Source: a virus
Taxonomy: Duplodnaviria > Heunggongvirae > Uroviricota > Caudoviricetes
Direction: 5' to 3' (one strand)
IMG/VR virus record: IMGVR_UViG_3300031994_002305
Span: 165,073 to 229,072 of that record
DNA: 64,000 nucleotides
Part shown: piece by piece, positions 9,597-19,722 of the stretch
Layout of the letters: each line of letters starts with the position of its first letter
Numbering within the stretch: the first letter of the stretch is position 1
The notes under the pieces: model-generated
The model's database searches: none
What the model was told of the DNA's origin: nothing
The model's input: the letters and a program-made list of their open reading frames with translations, nothing else
Position numbers and translations under genes: made by a program

Positions 9597-9830
9597 ATGA
9601 ATATTAAAGAGAAATCAGAAAGCTTTTATAAGATTTTTGAAAGTGATACTGATGAATTTAAGAGTATTCAAAAATCACTACAAATTGCATATCAACATGG
9701 TGGTGAATATGTAATTGACGAAATTGAAAAACGAGTTAAAGAATTATATGATAATCATCCAGGCATGGGAGATATGAGAACAGTTCTTTCTTGCGTATTG
9801 GTTAAACTTGAAATGCTTAAACATTATTAA
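9597..9830 (+). CDS. hypothetical small protein (start corrected)
   Basis: The track start 9585 is a TTG inside the previous gene. ATG 9597 directly follows the previous stop (TAATATG). Confidence 0.35.
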   Translation: MNIKEKSESFYKIFESDTDEFKSIQKSLQIAYQHGGEYVIDEIEKRVKELYDNHPGMGDMRTVLSCVLVKLEMLKHY

Positions 9831-9831
9831 T

Positions 9832-10095
9832 ATGCAATATAAAGTATTATTTGATGTTCAATATTTAAATGGTTCCTCAAGATTTGAGGAATCTAAATTT
9901 GAAACAAAGGGAAAGGGGAAGAAAGTTCTCCGTTCTCATCTAAAAGAGTGGATTCAAAATACTTTAGTTTATGAAAGAGAAGATAAACCAGTAAATATTA
10001 GAATAGTTAGAATTGAAAAAAATGAAGAATTAAATCCAAATAAAATTTGGGATAAGAAAGATAAAGAAAAATTTATTAACAAATACAATTATTAA
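9832..10095 (+). CDS. hypothetical small protein (start corrected)
   Basis: The track start 9808 is a TTG. ATG 9832 follows stop 9828-9830 (TAATATG). Confidence 0.35.
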   Translation: MQYKVLFDVQYLNGSSRFEESKFETKGKGKKVLRSHLKEWIQNTLVYEREDKPVNIRIVRIEKNEELNPNKIWDKKDKEKFINKYNY

Positions 10096-10096
10096 T

Positions 10097-10297
10097 ATGG
10101 AAAAACATTTATTTATTTGCGATAGATGTGGTAAAGAGACATCATTTGAAAATATTTATGTAATTAGTAGAAAATATACACAATCACATTATGACATAGT
10201 TGATGGTGAATATGAAGGAACAACTAGTGAAGAAGACAAATATCATATTTGTAAAAAATGTTTTGATAAAGTAAAGTCTGTAATTTTTAACAAATAA
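10097..10297 (+). CDS. zinc-ribbon protein (CxxC ... CxxC)
   Basis: 'CDRCGKE ... CKKCFDK' gives two CxxC pairs. Confidence 0.4.
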   Translation: MEKHLFICDRCGKETSFENIYVISRKYTQSHYDIVDGEYEGTTSEEDKYHICKKCFDKVKSVIFNK

Positions 10298-10300
10298 ATT

Positions 10301-10453
10301 ATGTGGTATATTAAGTATTTTTGGGTTAAATTGAATATTTGGGTTCTTACTCCTCTAGTTTGGATTGAGAATAAGTATAAAGAATATCAACATGCTCGTC
10401 TTGAAGCATATGTAAAATATCAGATTACAATGGATAATCAAATGAAAAAGTAA
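10301..10453 (+). CDS. small hydrophobic protein, 50 aa (not in track)
   Basis: The ATG fills an otherwise unexplained 158-nt gap. 'MWYIKYFWVKLNIWVLTPLVWI' is hydrophobic. Confidence 0.2.
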   Translation: MWYIKYFWVKLNIWVLTPLVWIENKYKEYQHARLEAYVKYQITMDNQMKK

Positions 10454-10455
10454 TT

Positions 10456-10668
10456 ATGGAAAAAAATATTAAAAATGCCAATTACATTGAAATGAATTCT
10501 GGTGATATTTATCGTCTTGAATTAATTGAATTAATTATCAAAAATACAAATAATGATAATTATACAATGATTTATAAAAATGATACACAAATTATTTTGA
10601 CACCAGATGAATATGAATTTATTAAGAATCTTTTAAAGAAATATTCAAATTCTTACAATATCTATTGA
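10456..10668 (+). CDS. hypothetical small protein
   Basis: ORF, 70 aa. Confidence 0.35.
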   Translation: MEKNIKNANYIEMNSGDIYRLELIELIIKNTNNDNYTMIYKNDTQIILTPDEYEFIKNLLKKYSNSYNIY

Positions 10669-10678
10669 ATTAGTAATT

Positions 10679-10933
10679 ATGAAAAAGAGTACATTTGAAG
10701 GTTTACTTCCATTATTTGATATTGTTAATTCTGTAGAAATATTAATGAATGAAAATAATGAATTAAAGGAAGAGAATAAAAAATTAAAAGAACGTATTAA
10801 ATGGTTTGAAGATTCACTTGAAAAGAACGCAAAAGCAAGTGGTGAAGCTGTTCATACTTTTATTTCTGCATGTTTGGATGGTAGAATTACTATTAATGAA
10901 GATACTAACGAAACAATTATAAAACATGAATAA
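10679..10933 (+). CDS. hypothetical coiled-coil protein
   Basis: ORF of 84 aa, 'ENNELKEENKKLKERIKWFEDSLEK'. Confidence 0.35.
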   Translation: MKKSTFEGLLPLFDIVNSVEILMNENNELKEENKKLKERIKWFEDSLEKNAKASGEAVHTFISACLDGRITINEDTNETIIKHE

Positions 10934-11324
10934 TATTTGGTTGTATATAATTATTGCATTAGTTATTTGCATAATTAGTTGTATTATTACAGCAAGTATA
11001 ACAAAATCTAATTGCAAATATAACAAAGAATTTCTTCAAAATAAAATAAATAATCTTGAACGTGATATTGAAGATATGAATTCTGGGAGAGAAAAAATTC
11101 CAGTTGTATTTGGTTGGCATACATATTTTGTTTATAAAGATGCGACAATGGAAGAGGTCGTTAAGACGATAGGTTCACCAACATTTATTAATTATAATGT
11201 TCGTGGTACAGGAGAACATAAATTGTCTTGGTATTATACTTGCGGCTTTGGCAATGTTCCTGACAATGATAAACTTGTAATTTTGTTCAAAAACAATAGA
11301 ATAAATTCAATTTCAAACAATTAA
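10926..11324 (+). CDS. putative lipoprotein / signal-anchored protein
   Basis: N-terminal 'MNNIWLYIIIALVICIISC' has a lipobox-like I-I-S-C. It overlaps the previous gene by 8 nt. Confidence 0.35.
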   Translation: MNNIWLYIIIALVICIISCIITASITKSNCKYNKEFLQNKINNLERDIEDMNSGREKIPVVFGWHTYFVYKDATMEEVVKTIGSPTFINYNVRGTGEHKLSWYYTCGFGNVPDNDKLVILFKNNRINSISNN

Positions 11325-11346
11325 TATATAATTTAAATTAATTATA

Positions 11347-11378
11347 AGACAGCTTCTTGAGAAGCTGTCTTTTGTTTT
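11347..11378 (+). terminator. rho-independent terminator (agacagcttc-ttga-gaagctgtct + TTTTGTTTT)
   Basis: Perfect 10-bp stem, 4-nt loop and a T-rich tail. Confidence 0.6.
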
Positions 11379-11429
11379 ATATTAAAAATTATTTTTATAT
11401 AATAGAAATATATGTAGTTAATTTAATTA

Positions 11430-13625
11430 ATGAAATCATTTCCAAGTACTGCTAATGAAGGTAAATTAATGTATAACAGTACTCAATCACAATCATATAA
11501 AGCAACATTCGATATTGAAAGAATTCGTGCATTAAATTTAAATTCAAGTGTTCCTGTTATTCAAGAAATGCTTAATGAAAATAATATTAATGCTGGTAAC
11601 TATCAAGCACAAACTCCTATGCATACAGTTAATCTAAACTATATGTTGGGAACTAAAAAAGATGATCAAATTTATTATGAAGATCCGTTACATTTACCAG
11701 CTGAATTAATTGCATTAGCAAAAGATTATGAATGGGTTTATAAATATCAAGCAAAAGCATTATTGGGATTAGGTGAAAAAAATGATAAATCAATTAAGTC
11801 AATATTAAGTCATACATCTATTGTTCCATCAATGTTTAATCCTATGTATGGCGTTAATGCATTAGGAATGATTCGTAATACACCTTTATTAAATGATATT
11901 GAAGATTCAGTATTAGATCCTAATATAGATGATTGTTCTATTCGTACTTTATGTACATTATCAAAAAATGCAAATTCATGTTTAGGAAATGCAAGATATA
12001 AATATGCAGATTTTATGTATTGTAAAGATTTAGGTAAAGTATCAAATAACCATTTAATTACATTACGTAAATTTGCTCACCCAGTTCCAGATCATATTTT
12101 TGAAGGTGCAACTCCACAATTTGCAGAAAGTGCAGGACCATTTTCTTGGAAAGGTGAAGGTGATGTTGGACGTTTAATATCTTGGTTTGGTACTGATGAC
12201 AATAAATTAGAAGATATATGTAATTTTAGTTATCATGCATCTTGGAAAGAATTAACTGCACAAATAGAAATCAAAGATAATAATGCTGATAACCCAAATT
12301 CAGGAATTATTGGAATGATATCTAATACAATGAATCCAGCATACAATAAAGGAGTTAATGTTAGTTCTGTTGGTACACATAGTATTTGGGGATGGCTTGG
12401 TGCAAAAATAACTCCATCTGTATTTCAAGGTATAGGGCAGAATAATGAATTATTAAGAAATTATGATAATAATAAAGTTTATGAACCAAAAAATACAGTA
12501 CAATCAAATCATATATATGAAGGTAAATTGGAGTTTTCACATGAATTTACTTTAAACTTTTCATATCAATTAAGAGGATATGATAATATTAATCCACGTT
12601 CTGCTTTTATTGATTTAATAGGTAATATATTGGAAGTAACTTATAGACGTGGTAAATTCTGGGGTGGATCTAGACGAACTATTGGTCCTGCACAAGATAC
12701 ATCAATGTATGATAAAACTAATGCATTTGTAGAAAAGGCGTTTGACTGGGTTGGTGGTCAGTTTTCACAATTAATGAATGGTGGTATTAATTTTAAACAA
12801 ATATTAGGACAAATTGGTTCTGTTGTTGGTGGTACTATCAATAAAATAATGAATGATGCTCAAAATGTCATTAAAGGTAATGAACAAGGTAAAGAAATTG
12901 TTGATAAAGAAAAAGAAAACATGATTAATTTATTTAAAGAATCAGGTTTTACTTTAGCTGCAAAAGGATATCTTAAAAACGCTTTAGGTAGACCACAATT
13001 ATTTGCTTGGCAATCATTATTAAGTGGTGATGACGTAGGACTTTGGCATGTTACTGTAGGTAACCCTAAAAACCCAATATTAGCAATTGGTAATTTAATT
13101 TTAACAAATGCAACAGTAACACAATCAGGACCTTTAGGAGTAGATGATTTCCCATCAGAATTAAAAGTATCAGTAACATTGAAACATGCTAGACCTCGTG
13201 ATGTAACAGAAATTGGTCGTATGTATACAAAAGGTACATCAGCTATTTATAATATTATGGCAGGACATGATATTAGTGATTTCTGGAGTTCAGAAGGTGG
13301 AAAAGGAAATAAACAAAATGAATCAACAGCTGATTCTGAAAAAACTACATCAGGAAATACAACAGATGCAATAACACAAACAAGAGGCAATATGGGTGGC
13401 ACAAGTTCGACTAATAATCCTAATGTTAATAATTCACAAAACGCAGCAGTCGCAAAAGAATCTGCTAAAGACGCATCTACATATAATAAACGTAATAATG
13501 CACAATCATGGGATAATTTAGTAATTCCTAATCCATTATTCTTAACTGATGATGAAACTAACTTAATGCGTAAAAACACATATAGTGATAGCATTTTTAG
13601 ATTAATGCTTGATGAAACAGCATAA
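11430..13625 (+). CDS. large hypothetical protein (731 aa), possibly virion-associated
   Basis: Long ORF with a Gly/Ser/Thr/Asn-rich C-terminus. A class-B (late-like) motif lies upstream at 11391-11407. It is followed by several cell-wall hydrolases. Confidence 0.5.
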   Translation: MKSFPSTANEGKLMYNSTQSQSYKATFDIERIRALNLNSSVPVIQEMLNENNINAGNYQAQTPMHTVNLNYMLGTKKDDQIYYEDPLHLPAELIALAKDYEWVYKYQAKALLGLGEKNDKSIKSILSHTSIVPSMFNPMYGVNALGMIRNTPLLNDIEDSVLDPNIDDCSIRTLCTLSKNANSCLGNARYKYADFMYCKDLGKVSNNHLITLRKFAHPVPDHIFEGATPQFAESAGPFSWKGEGDVGRLISWFGTDDNKLEDICNFSYHASWKELTAQIEIKDNNADNPNSGIIGMISNTMNPAYNKGVNVSSVGTHSIWGWLGAKITPSVFQGIGQNNELLRNYDNNKVYEPKNTVQSNHIYEGKLEFSHEFTLNFSYQLRGYDNINPRSAFIDLIGNILEVTYRRGKFWGGSRRTIGPAQDTSMYDKTNAFVEKAFDWVGGQFSQLMNGGINFKQILGQIGSVVGGTINKIMNDAQNVIKGNEQGKEIVDKEKENMINLFKESGFTLAAKGYLKNALGRPQLFAWQSLLSGDDVGLWHVTVGNPKNPILAIGNLILTNATVTQSGPLGVDDFPSELKVSVTLKHARPRDVTEIGRMYTKGTSAIYNIMAGHDISDFWSSEGGKGNKQNESTADSEKTTSGNTTDAITQTRGNMGGTSSTNNPNVNNSQNAAVAKESAKDASTYNKRNNAQSWDNLVIPNPLFLTDDETNLMRKNTYSDSIFRLMLDETA

Positions 13626-13705
13626 TAATTTAACAATATTTAAACAAATACATGTATTTGACTATTTTTATATATTAAATCAAATACATGTGTTTTTTAT
13701 ATTAA

Positions 13706-14761
13706 ATGAATAAACTTTTATATATAGGACTTAATGGTTTAGCAGGATCTGGTAAAGATACTGTGGCTAAAATGCTTAAGACTATTTTATCAAAAAATTG
13801 GGCTACATTAGAAGAATGTAAAACATATTATTTTTCTAAATACACAAATCCAACACAATCCGCAACATTTCCACCAACAATAGAAGATAAAAATTCACCA
13901 GTAATGTGCATAGCTTATGCAGATCAACTAAAAGAAATATGTGGAACAATGTTTGGTATTCCTGTACAAAGATTTTATCAAAATAAATCTAATGCATGGA
14001 TTTGTATTAATGATAAATTCCAATATACAGAAATTAAACCAGATGATGAAAGCATTGTAACAGCTGAAGAATATTACTATAACATCGGAAATACTGAATG
14101 TAATGAACATGTAAAATATTGGATGTCATTAAGAGAAATACTTGTTTATGTAGGTACATATGTATTACAACAATCAATTAATCGTCAAATATTTGTAAAT
14201 ATTGTTCGTAATAAGATTCGTGAAGCTCAATATCGTAATCATAATTTGAATTATGTTATTATAACAGATCATAGATTTGCACATGAATTAGAGTATATAC
14301 GCGAAAATAATGGTATTACTATAACAATTAATCGTAATTCAATTCAACAATTAGACAATATTGCTGAACATGATTTGGATGATGAAGAAGATTATGATTA
14401 TATAATTGATAATTCAGGTTCTTATGATGAATTATTTAAAACGATATGGGATATCATACATGAAGATATAGTTTTTGCAAATAAGACAATAGATTTATAT
14501 ACTCGTGATAATATTGATAATTATTTACGATTAGTAGAAACAAATGATCATGTAGATATATATCAATTGTGTTTACCACATAAAATACAAAAACTTTATC
14601 GTAATGATGGCAAGATAACAATGATAGACCCAATAGGCGGTCCACTAATTTGTGTAGGTCAACAGATTGAAGGAACAGATATAATACCAAATTATATTTC
14701 AATAGATGAACATGAAAATCATAATGAATTTTTAATTTGGGTAACTAAAGGAACTGAGTAA
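13706..14761 (+). CDS. P-loop kinase, T4 gp1-like deoxynucleoside-monophosphate kinase N-terminal domain + C-terminal extension
   Basis: 'LLYIGLNGLAGSGKDTVAKML' resembles T4 dNMP kinase 'KLIFLSGVKRSGKDTTADFI' (Walker A GxxGSGKDT). Confidence 0.45.
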   Translation: MNKLLYIGLNGLAGSGKDTVAKMLKTILSKNWATLEECKTYYFSKYTNPTQSATFPPTIEDKNSPVMCIAYADQLKEICGTMFGIPVQRFYQNKSNAWICINDKFQYTEIKPDDESIVTAEEYYYNIGNTECNEHVKYWMSLREILVYVGTYVLQQSINRQIFVNIVRNKIREAQYRNHNLNYVIITDHRFAHELEYIRENNGITITINRNSIQQLDNIAEHDLDDEEDYDYIIDNSGSYDELFKTIWDIIHEDIVFANKTIDLYTRDNIDNYLRLVETNDHVDIYQLCLPHKIQKLYRNDGKITMIDPIGGPLICVGQQIEGTDIIPNYISIDEHENHNEFLIWVTKGTE

Positions 14762-14775
14762 TCGGTTCCTTTTAT
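14750..14775 (+). terminator. weak hairpin terminator (ggaac ... gttcc + T-rich)
   Basis: 5-bp GC-containing stem overlapping the stop codon, followed by TTTTATTATTTTT. Confidence 0.3.
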
Positions 14776-14806
14776 TATTTTTATTTAAAGCTATTATTTT
14801 ATACAA

Positions 14807-15529
14807 ATGGATGCATCTGAAATATATGTTCAAGAATTATTAAGATCTGTTGTTAATTTATATAAATTATGTTTTGAAGAAATGGGATATGATTTAGGAC
14901 CAACAATTAATAAAATTGAATATAAAAATTATTTATATGATAATCCTTTACATTTAATGAATAATGATCCTGCATTTAATGGTGATCAACAATTTACTCC
15001 TTTATCTGAAGAAGATTTAGAATTCATTAAGAATTTAAATATACAGGATGGTGGAGAAGGTTTAGAACATACGGGTAAATTTTCTAATAAAGAAATATTT
15101 GTTAAGTCTATATTTAATGCATTTCTATCAAAGGGAGTTAATAAAATAGTTTCATTATGTATGACTGCACAAGCTGCATTAGAGTCAAGCTGGGGAACAT
15201 CACATTATGCGCATTTTTCAAACTATGGCGGTATAAATTATCATCAAGGAGCAGATTATAAAATACCTGGAAAAAGTGCGCACGGACATACAAAAGCAGG
15301 ATATAATAATTTAGGAAGATATGTTGAAGAAAAAATAGGCATAATGAATAGACTATATCCTGGTGCATTAGATTCAGATACTCCAGAAAAATATTTTAAT
15401 ATTATACAAGGTAATAATCCTAATCATTACAGCTATGGTGGTGAAACACCACAACAACGTGCAGATTATGGACGATTAGTTATGAGTGTTATTGGAATGG
15501 TTAAAAAATATTTAAATAGTAATGGATAA
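14807..15529 (+). CDS. peptidoglycan hydrolase, FlgJ-type N-acetylglucosaminidase domain
   Basis: 'SLCMTAQAALESSWGTSHYA' matches the glucosaminidase signature 'AAQAALESGWG'. Confidence 0.55.
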   Translation: MDASEIYVQELLRSVVNLYKLCFEEMGYDLGPTINKIEYKNYLYDNPLHLMNNDPAFNGDQQFTPLSEEDLEFIKNLNIQDGGEGLEHTGKFSNKEIFVKSIFNAFLSKGVNKIVSLCMTAQAALESSWGTSHYAHFSNYGGINYHQGADYKIPGKSAHGHTKAGYNNLGRYVEEKIGIMNRLYPGALDSDTPEKYFNIIQGNNPNHYSYGGETPQQRADYGRLVMSVIGMVKKYLNSNG

Positions 15530-16130
15530 CGTTAAAATAAATATTGACGGTGAAGGTAACCAATATTCTAATGAAAGTATTTTAAAAGGAATATTACATC
15601 ACACATGTTTTGATGGTGGATATGATCCTATTACAGGCGGTGGTATATATCATGTAGGTTCAGGATCTAGAAAAGAAATAATTAAAAAATTAGGATTTAG
15701 TGATAATCCGACAGCATCTGAATGTTGGAGTAAAATGACAACATTTACTTTAAATGCATATCCTAACTTTAAATTTACATTACATAAAGATTTAGTATCG
15801 GAAGTTCAAGAAATATATAATGAGTTAAAAGAATTAGGAGTTGAACTTAATAAATATCAAGGTCACTATTGTTTTAGACCAATTAATAATCCAAATAGAC
15901 CAGGTTCAAAAACATTATCTATGCATTCATTTGGTTGTGCAATTGATATAAATTATAATTTAAACCCATTTGTAAGAAATGGTGGTCCTTTATTAAGTGG
16001 GGACAATACAAAGGCAGGAATAGTACGAACATTAAATTCACCTATTGTAAAAGTATTTGCAAAACATGGATGGGGATGGGGTGGACATTATGGAGACTAT
16101 ATGCACTTTTCAAAAGCCAATGGTGGTTAA
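15522..16130 (+). CDS. peptidase M15 (VanY / L-alanyl-D-glutamate peptidase-like zinc peptidase)
   Basis: 'HSFGCAIDINYNLNPF' matches the HxxGxAxD motif. 'HGWGWGGHYGDYMHFS' matches the WxWGG...D-MHF motif. Confidence 0.6.
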   Translation: MDNVKINIDGEGNQYSNESILKGILHHTCFDGGYDPITGGGIYHVGSGSRKEIIKKLGFSDNPTASECWSKMTTFTLNAYPNFKFTLHKDLVSEVQEIYNELKELGVELNKYQGHYCFRPINNPNRPGSKTLSMHSFGCAIDINYNLNPFVRNGGPLLSGDNTKAGIVRTLNSPIVKVFAKHGWGWGGHYGDYMHFSKANGG

Positions 16131-16146
16131 ATACATATAAATTAAT

Positions 16147-17784
16147 ATGACAAATTTTTTAGGAGCAAATTGTTTAGGAGATTGTACTCCAGCACAAATT
16201 ATAACATTTACATATGCGTTTTCAAATAATTCAAATATTGAAATATATGGAATATGCGACAAATATTCAACAGATGTATTAGAGTATAGCTATAGTGTTG
16301 ATGGTTTATGCTGGACATCATATATGAATTATGATACATATCTATGTAATACTACAGAATTATCATCAGATTATTATCTTCGAATTCGTCTTAAAGGTGA
16401 TATATGTAAAATAACAATCGATGGAACAGATACATATGATTATAAAGCGCAAATAGAACAAGATTTTAATTTTAAATCTACAGTAACTGACAATACATAT
16501 AATCCTTATGCTAATTTAGATGCTGCATTAACTCTTCAACAAGAATTAGCAGAAAATGTATCAAATATTGTTGGTATTCCAATATATTATTTTAAGTTAA
16601 GCCCTAATGTTGGATCAAAAGATATTACATTTAAAGAATATGCTTTAATGGATGTTGAATCAGTTAAGCAATTAAAATTAGTTATAGCAGATGGGCAAAT
16701 GCCTTCATCACGCCCTGAATTTGCTGACTGGGGTATGGACTTTCAAACTGACTGGGAAACTGAAATAACAAAAGAATCATTTGCTACTGCTTTTGGTGTA
16801 ACTGCTCAACCTATGGAGGGTGACCTTATTTATATTCCATTAATGAAACGTATGTGGATGGTTAATTCTGCATATGAAGAAAAAAATGGAGCATTAATGT
16901 GGCAAGCAACAACATTTAAATTAATGCTTGTTAAATATCAAGAAAAAGGTTCAGTTGATTTAGGTGATACAGAATCATTGGTTAATTCATTTGTAAAAAA
17001 TAAATATGAAGATTTATTTGGTTCTGATGATGAAGGAAATATTGATTCTGGAGAACAATCATTAGAAGCACCTAAATATGCAGCAAATAATTTGTATCCT
17101 ATTTTTGAATCTGATGCTACTCGTAAGTTTATGACTTGTGATAGTATTGAAATTGAATCTAATGATTTATATTATAGAGGCACATTAATATCTGATTCAA
17201 AATATGAATTCTTACGTAATGATGTTGAATCACAAATTGTTTATCAAAAGAAAATATGTGGTTCTGAAATTACTACGTCATTTATAATATATCCTAAGAA
17301 TGGTTTTTATGATGGAATATTAATAGAGTTAGGCAATATAAAAATTAATATTCATCAAGAAGCAGATATATGTAATCTATTTATCAATATAAATAAAGAA
17401 GCTTCAATGCAACTTAATGCAAATAATTCATACTTATGCATATTTAGATACAGTAAATGTATGAACACTGTTAACTTTGAAGCACACGAATATACATATA
17501 ATAAAGACATACCAATGTATAAGTTAAGTAATATACATTATTGGTTTGAAATGAATGAATCATATTCAAAATATGTTGGTCAATATAATATTGAATATAA
17601 TATAGATAAAAATTCTGATGTAAAGATACATAACTTTGATGGATGTATAACAAATTTTAAATTATTTGATATTTATGAAGATCAACCTATGGAATTACTA
17701 CAAATGTATCCTACGCATCAACATTTAATAATTAATGATACAGCTCGTAAAGTTATTGGAAAATATGGAGTATCATTAAAATAA
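16147..17784 (+). CDS. hypothetical protein (545 aa)
   Basis: Long ORF with no recognised motif. Confidence 0.5.
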   Translation: MTNFLGANCLGDCTPAQIITFTYAFSNNSNIEIYGICDKYSTDVLEYSYSVDGLCWTSYMNYDTYLCNTTELSSDYYLRIRLKGDICKITIDGTDTYDYKAQIEQDFNFKSTVTDNTYNPYANLDAALTLQQELAENVSNIVGIPIYYFKLSPNVGSKDITFKEYALMDVESVKQLKLVIADGQMPSSRPEFADWGMDFQTDWETEITKESFATAFGVTAQPMEGDLIYIPLMKRMWMVNSAYEEKNGALMWQATTFKLMLVKYQEKGSVDLGDTESLVNSFVKNKYEDLFGSDDEGNIDSGEQSLEAPKYAANNLYPIFESDATRKFMTCDSIEIESNDLYYRGTLISDSKYEFLRNDVESQIVYQKKICGSEITTSFIIYPKNGFYDGILIELGNIKINIHQEADICNLFININKEASMQLNANNSYLCIFRYSKCMNTVNFEAHEYTYNKDIPMYKLSNIHYWFEMNESYSKYVGQYNIEYNIDKNSDVKIHNFDGCITNFKLFDIYEDQPMELLQMYPTHQHLIINDTARKVIGKYGVSLK

Positions 17785-17804
17785 TTTAAATAATATATAA
17801 AAAT

Positions 17805-17834
17805 ATCCTAGTATTTTGAAAAGAATGCTAGGAT
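17805..17834 (+). terminator. hairpin (atcctag ... ctaggat) embedded in promoter cassette
   Basis: 7-bp stem. The loop contains TTTGAA. It is immediately followed by TTTTCTATATTATATTG. Confidence 0.4.
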
Positions 17835-17854
17835 TTTCTATATTATATTGTAAA
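17812..17854 (+). promoter_or_regulatory. promoter cassette class A (TTTGAA - N - CTATATTATATTGTAAA)
   Basis: Conserved core. Ends 13 nt before ATG 17867. Confidence 0.5.
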
Positions 17855-17866
17855 TAAATAAAAGAA

Positions 17867-18421
17867 ATGACAATAATTTATTCAAATTTTTTAGACGATG
17901 ATTGTCGAATTCTTCAAAATATATGGAAAGGATTCGATAATGTTTGTGTTATTGAGATTACACCATCATCTGTTGACTATGAAGATATTATTGATAATGC
18001 AATATCTGAAGAGACAGATACTTTGATTATGTGTGGTCATGGAACTTCTTATGGTTTATTATTTCCAAATATATATCGTGGCGAATATATTATACATGAG
18101 AATAATGTTCATTTGATTAATGCTAAGAAAGTTATTTGCTCTTGGTGTTATGCATCAAATTTTTGTATCAATCATCCTGAATTAAAAAATTGCTTTGCTA
18201 CATCAATGTTTATAAGTAATGTTAATGAAGCTTATGATAATGGAATTTATGATTATACGCAAGATCAAATAAATAAAAATGCTGAACGTTTTGATACAGA
18301 GATAAATTGGTTATTAAAAAACAATATTCCACTTGATGAGTGGGTAATGAGATTAGGAGCCCACATGGATATTGAGAATGCAATAGATGTATTTAATAGA
18401 CAATGTTTAAATTATCAATAA
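17867..18421 (+). CDS. hypothetical protein
   Basis: ORF of 184 aa downstream of a class-A promoter. Confidence 0.5.
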   Translation: MTIIYSNFLDDDCRILQNIWKGFDNVCVIEITPSSVDYEDIIDNAISEETDTLIMCGHGTSYGLLFPNIYRGEYIIHENNVHLINAKKVICSWCYASNFCINHPELKNCFATSMFISNVNEAYDNGIYDYTQDQINKNAERFDTEINWLLKNNIPLDEWVMRLGAHMDIENAIDVFNRQCLNYQ

Positions 18422-18428
18422 TTTAATT

Positions 18429-18647
18429 ATGAGTATGTTTACAAAACGTCGTAAAGTAATACGACAAAAACAAGAAGAAGATAGAAAGCGTTGGCAAGAT
18501 AATATTGAAAAACAACAAAAAGCAATGAACAATATTATTAAAACAGCGAAGATTATTGAGCAAAAACACCCAGAATTTGAATCTTTAGGAGGCGATGAAC
18601 GAGTGGAATTGTTTGGTAAAATTTTTAATAAAGTAACTAAAGATTAG
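18429..18647 (+). CDS. hypothetical small basic protein
   Basis: ORF, 72 aa. Confidence 0.4.
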   Translation: MSMFTKRRKVIRQKQEEDRKRWQDNIEKQQKAMNNIIKTAKIIEQKHPEFESLGGDERVELFGKIFNKVTKD

Positions 18648-18649
18648 AT

Positions 18650-19027
18650 ATGAGAGATAAAAATTATAGACGTAAACAAGAGGCAAAACATTATAAGAAA
18701 AGATTGAATAATGCAATGTCTAAAGGTTATTATAAAGAACTAATTATTGATGATGAAGGCACGACAAAATTGTTGCCATTAAATCATTATAAAAATCATG
18801 AACCTTGGATTAATCAAACTGGAGAAAAGACAGCAATTGAAAAAAATCAATATAAGAGATGGAAATTTGCTTTAAAGAATGATTCAATGCCAAGTGATAT
18901 AAGTTCATGGTCAAAAAGATATTGTAGGAGAACTAGACGTCATTATCAAAAAATGGTTGATTATAAATTACCAGATAAAAAATGGCTTGTGAGGGCTCAA
19001 GTAATTTATCCTCGAGATATAGTATAA
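18650..19027 (+). CDS. hypothetical highly basic protein
   Basis: ORF of 125 aa, Lys/Arg-rich. Confidence 0.4.
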   Translation: MRDKNYRRKQEAKHYKKRLNNAMSKGYYKELIIDDEGTTKLLPLNHYKNHEPWINQTGEKTAIEKNQYKRWKFALKNDSMPSDISSWSKRYCRRTRRHYQKMVDYKLPDKKWLVRAQVIYPRDIV

Positions 19028-19065
19028 GTATATATATTTATTTTTATATATAAATTTATACTCTT

Positions 19066-19230
19066 ATGCTTATGGAATATAGAGGTATTAAGGCATCTGA
19101 GCTTATAAAAGAACTTAAAAAATACATGAAAGAGTTTGGTGATTTATATGTATGTAAAGAAAGAAATGGTGATACGCGACCAATTTATTTTATAACACAT
19201 TATCCAAATTCAGATTACTTTGAAATATAA
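19066..19230 (+). CDS. small hypothetical protein, 54 aa (not in track)
   Basis: ATG ORF filling the 19028-19231 gap. Its stop is immediately followed by ATG 19232. Confidence 0.2.
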   Translation: MLMEYRGIKASELIKELKKYMKEFGDLYVCKERNGDTRPIYFITHYPNSDYFEI

Positions 19231-19231
19231 T

Positions 19232-19480
19232 ATGAAAGATTTAGTAAAAACTATTTTAGAGAAACAGGCAGAAAAAACGATGCAATTACCTGATTATTGT
19301 GATGTTGTAAAAATATCACCTAATGATTTTGATGGTAGTATTTCATTTTTAACTGTTGCTGATATTAAAGAAGATAAAAAATTGGAAAAGGTATTGGAGC
19401 TTGAACCTTGGGAATCAACTGTAATAGATGAAGATATCTATGTAATGATTATTGACCCAGAAGCATTAAATGAAAAATAA
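19232..19480 (+). CDS. small protein with N-terminal capsid-targeting-like tag (MKDLVKTILEK)
   Basis: The track start 19220 is a TTG. ATG 19232 gives the 'MKDxxxxI-x-E' tag shared by the downstream genes. Confidence 0.4.
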   Translation: MKDLVKTILEKQAEKTMQLPDYCDVVKISPNDFDGSISFLTVADIKEDKKLEKVLELEPWESTVIDEDIYVMIIDPEALNEK

Positions 19481-19704
19481 TGAAAGATATTAAAGAATAT
19501 ATATTAGAATCTTCAAAGAAATATAAGCAATACCAAGTATATTATAATGGAAGTCTTGATAAAACATTTACTGAAAATAGTAAAAAATGGAAATCAGATC
19601 CAAAAATAGGACAAGGTTGGTATTGTGGTGGAACAGTATTTAAAATTGTTAAGATAGAAGACAATAAAGTATATGTTGAAGAAGATAAAAATTGTCATCC
19701 ATGA
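19480..19704 (+). CDS. small protein with N-terminal tag MKDIKEYILES
   Basis: Canonical member of the tag family. The start overlaps the previous stop (TAATG). Confidence 0.4.
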   Translation: MKDIKEYILESSKKYKQYQVYYNGSLDKTFTENSKKWKSDPKIGQGWYCGGTVFKIVKIEDNKVYVEEDKNCHP

Positions 19705-19722
19705 AATCATTAAATAAATTTT

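Noticed and set aside
10814-11026. 70-aa minus-strand ORF spanning the 10679/10926 gene junction.
   Set aside because: Hydrophobic chance ORF antisense to two co-directional genes; no independent signals.
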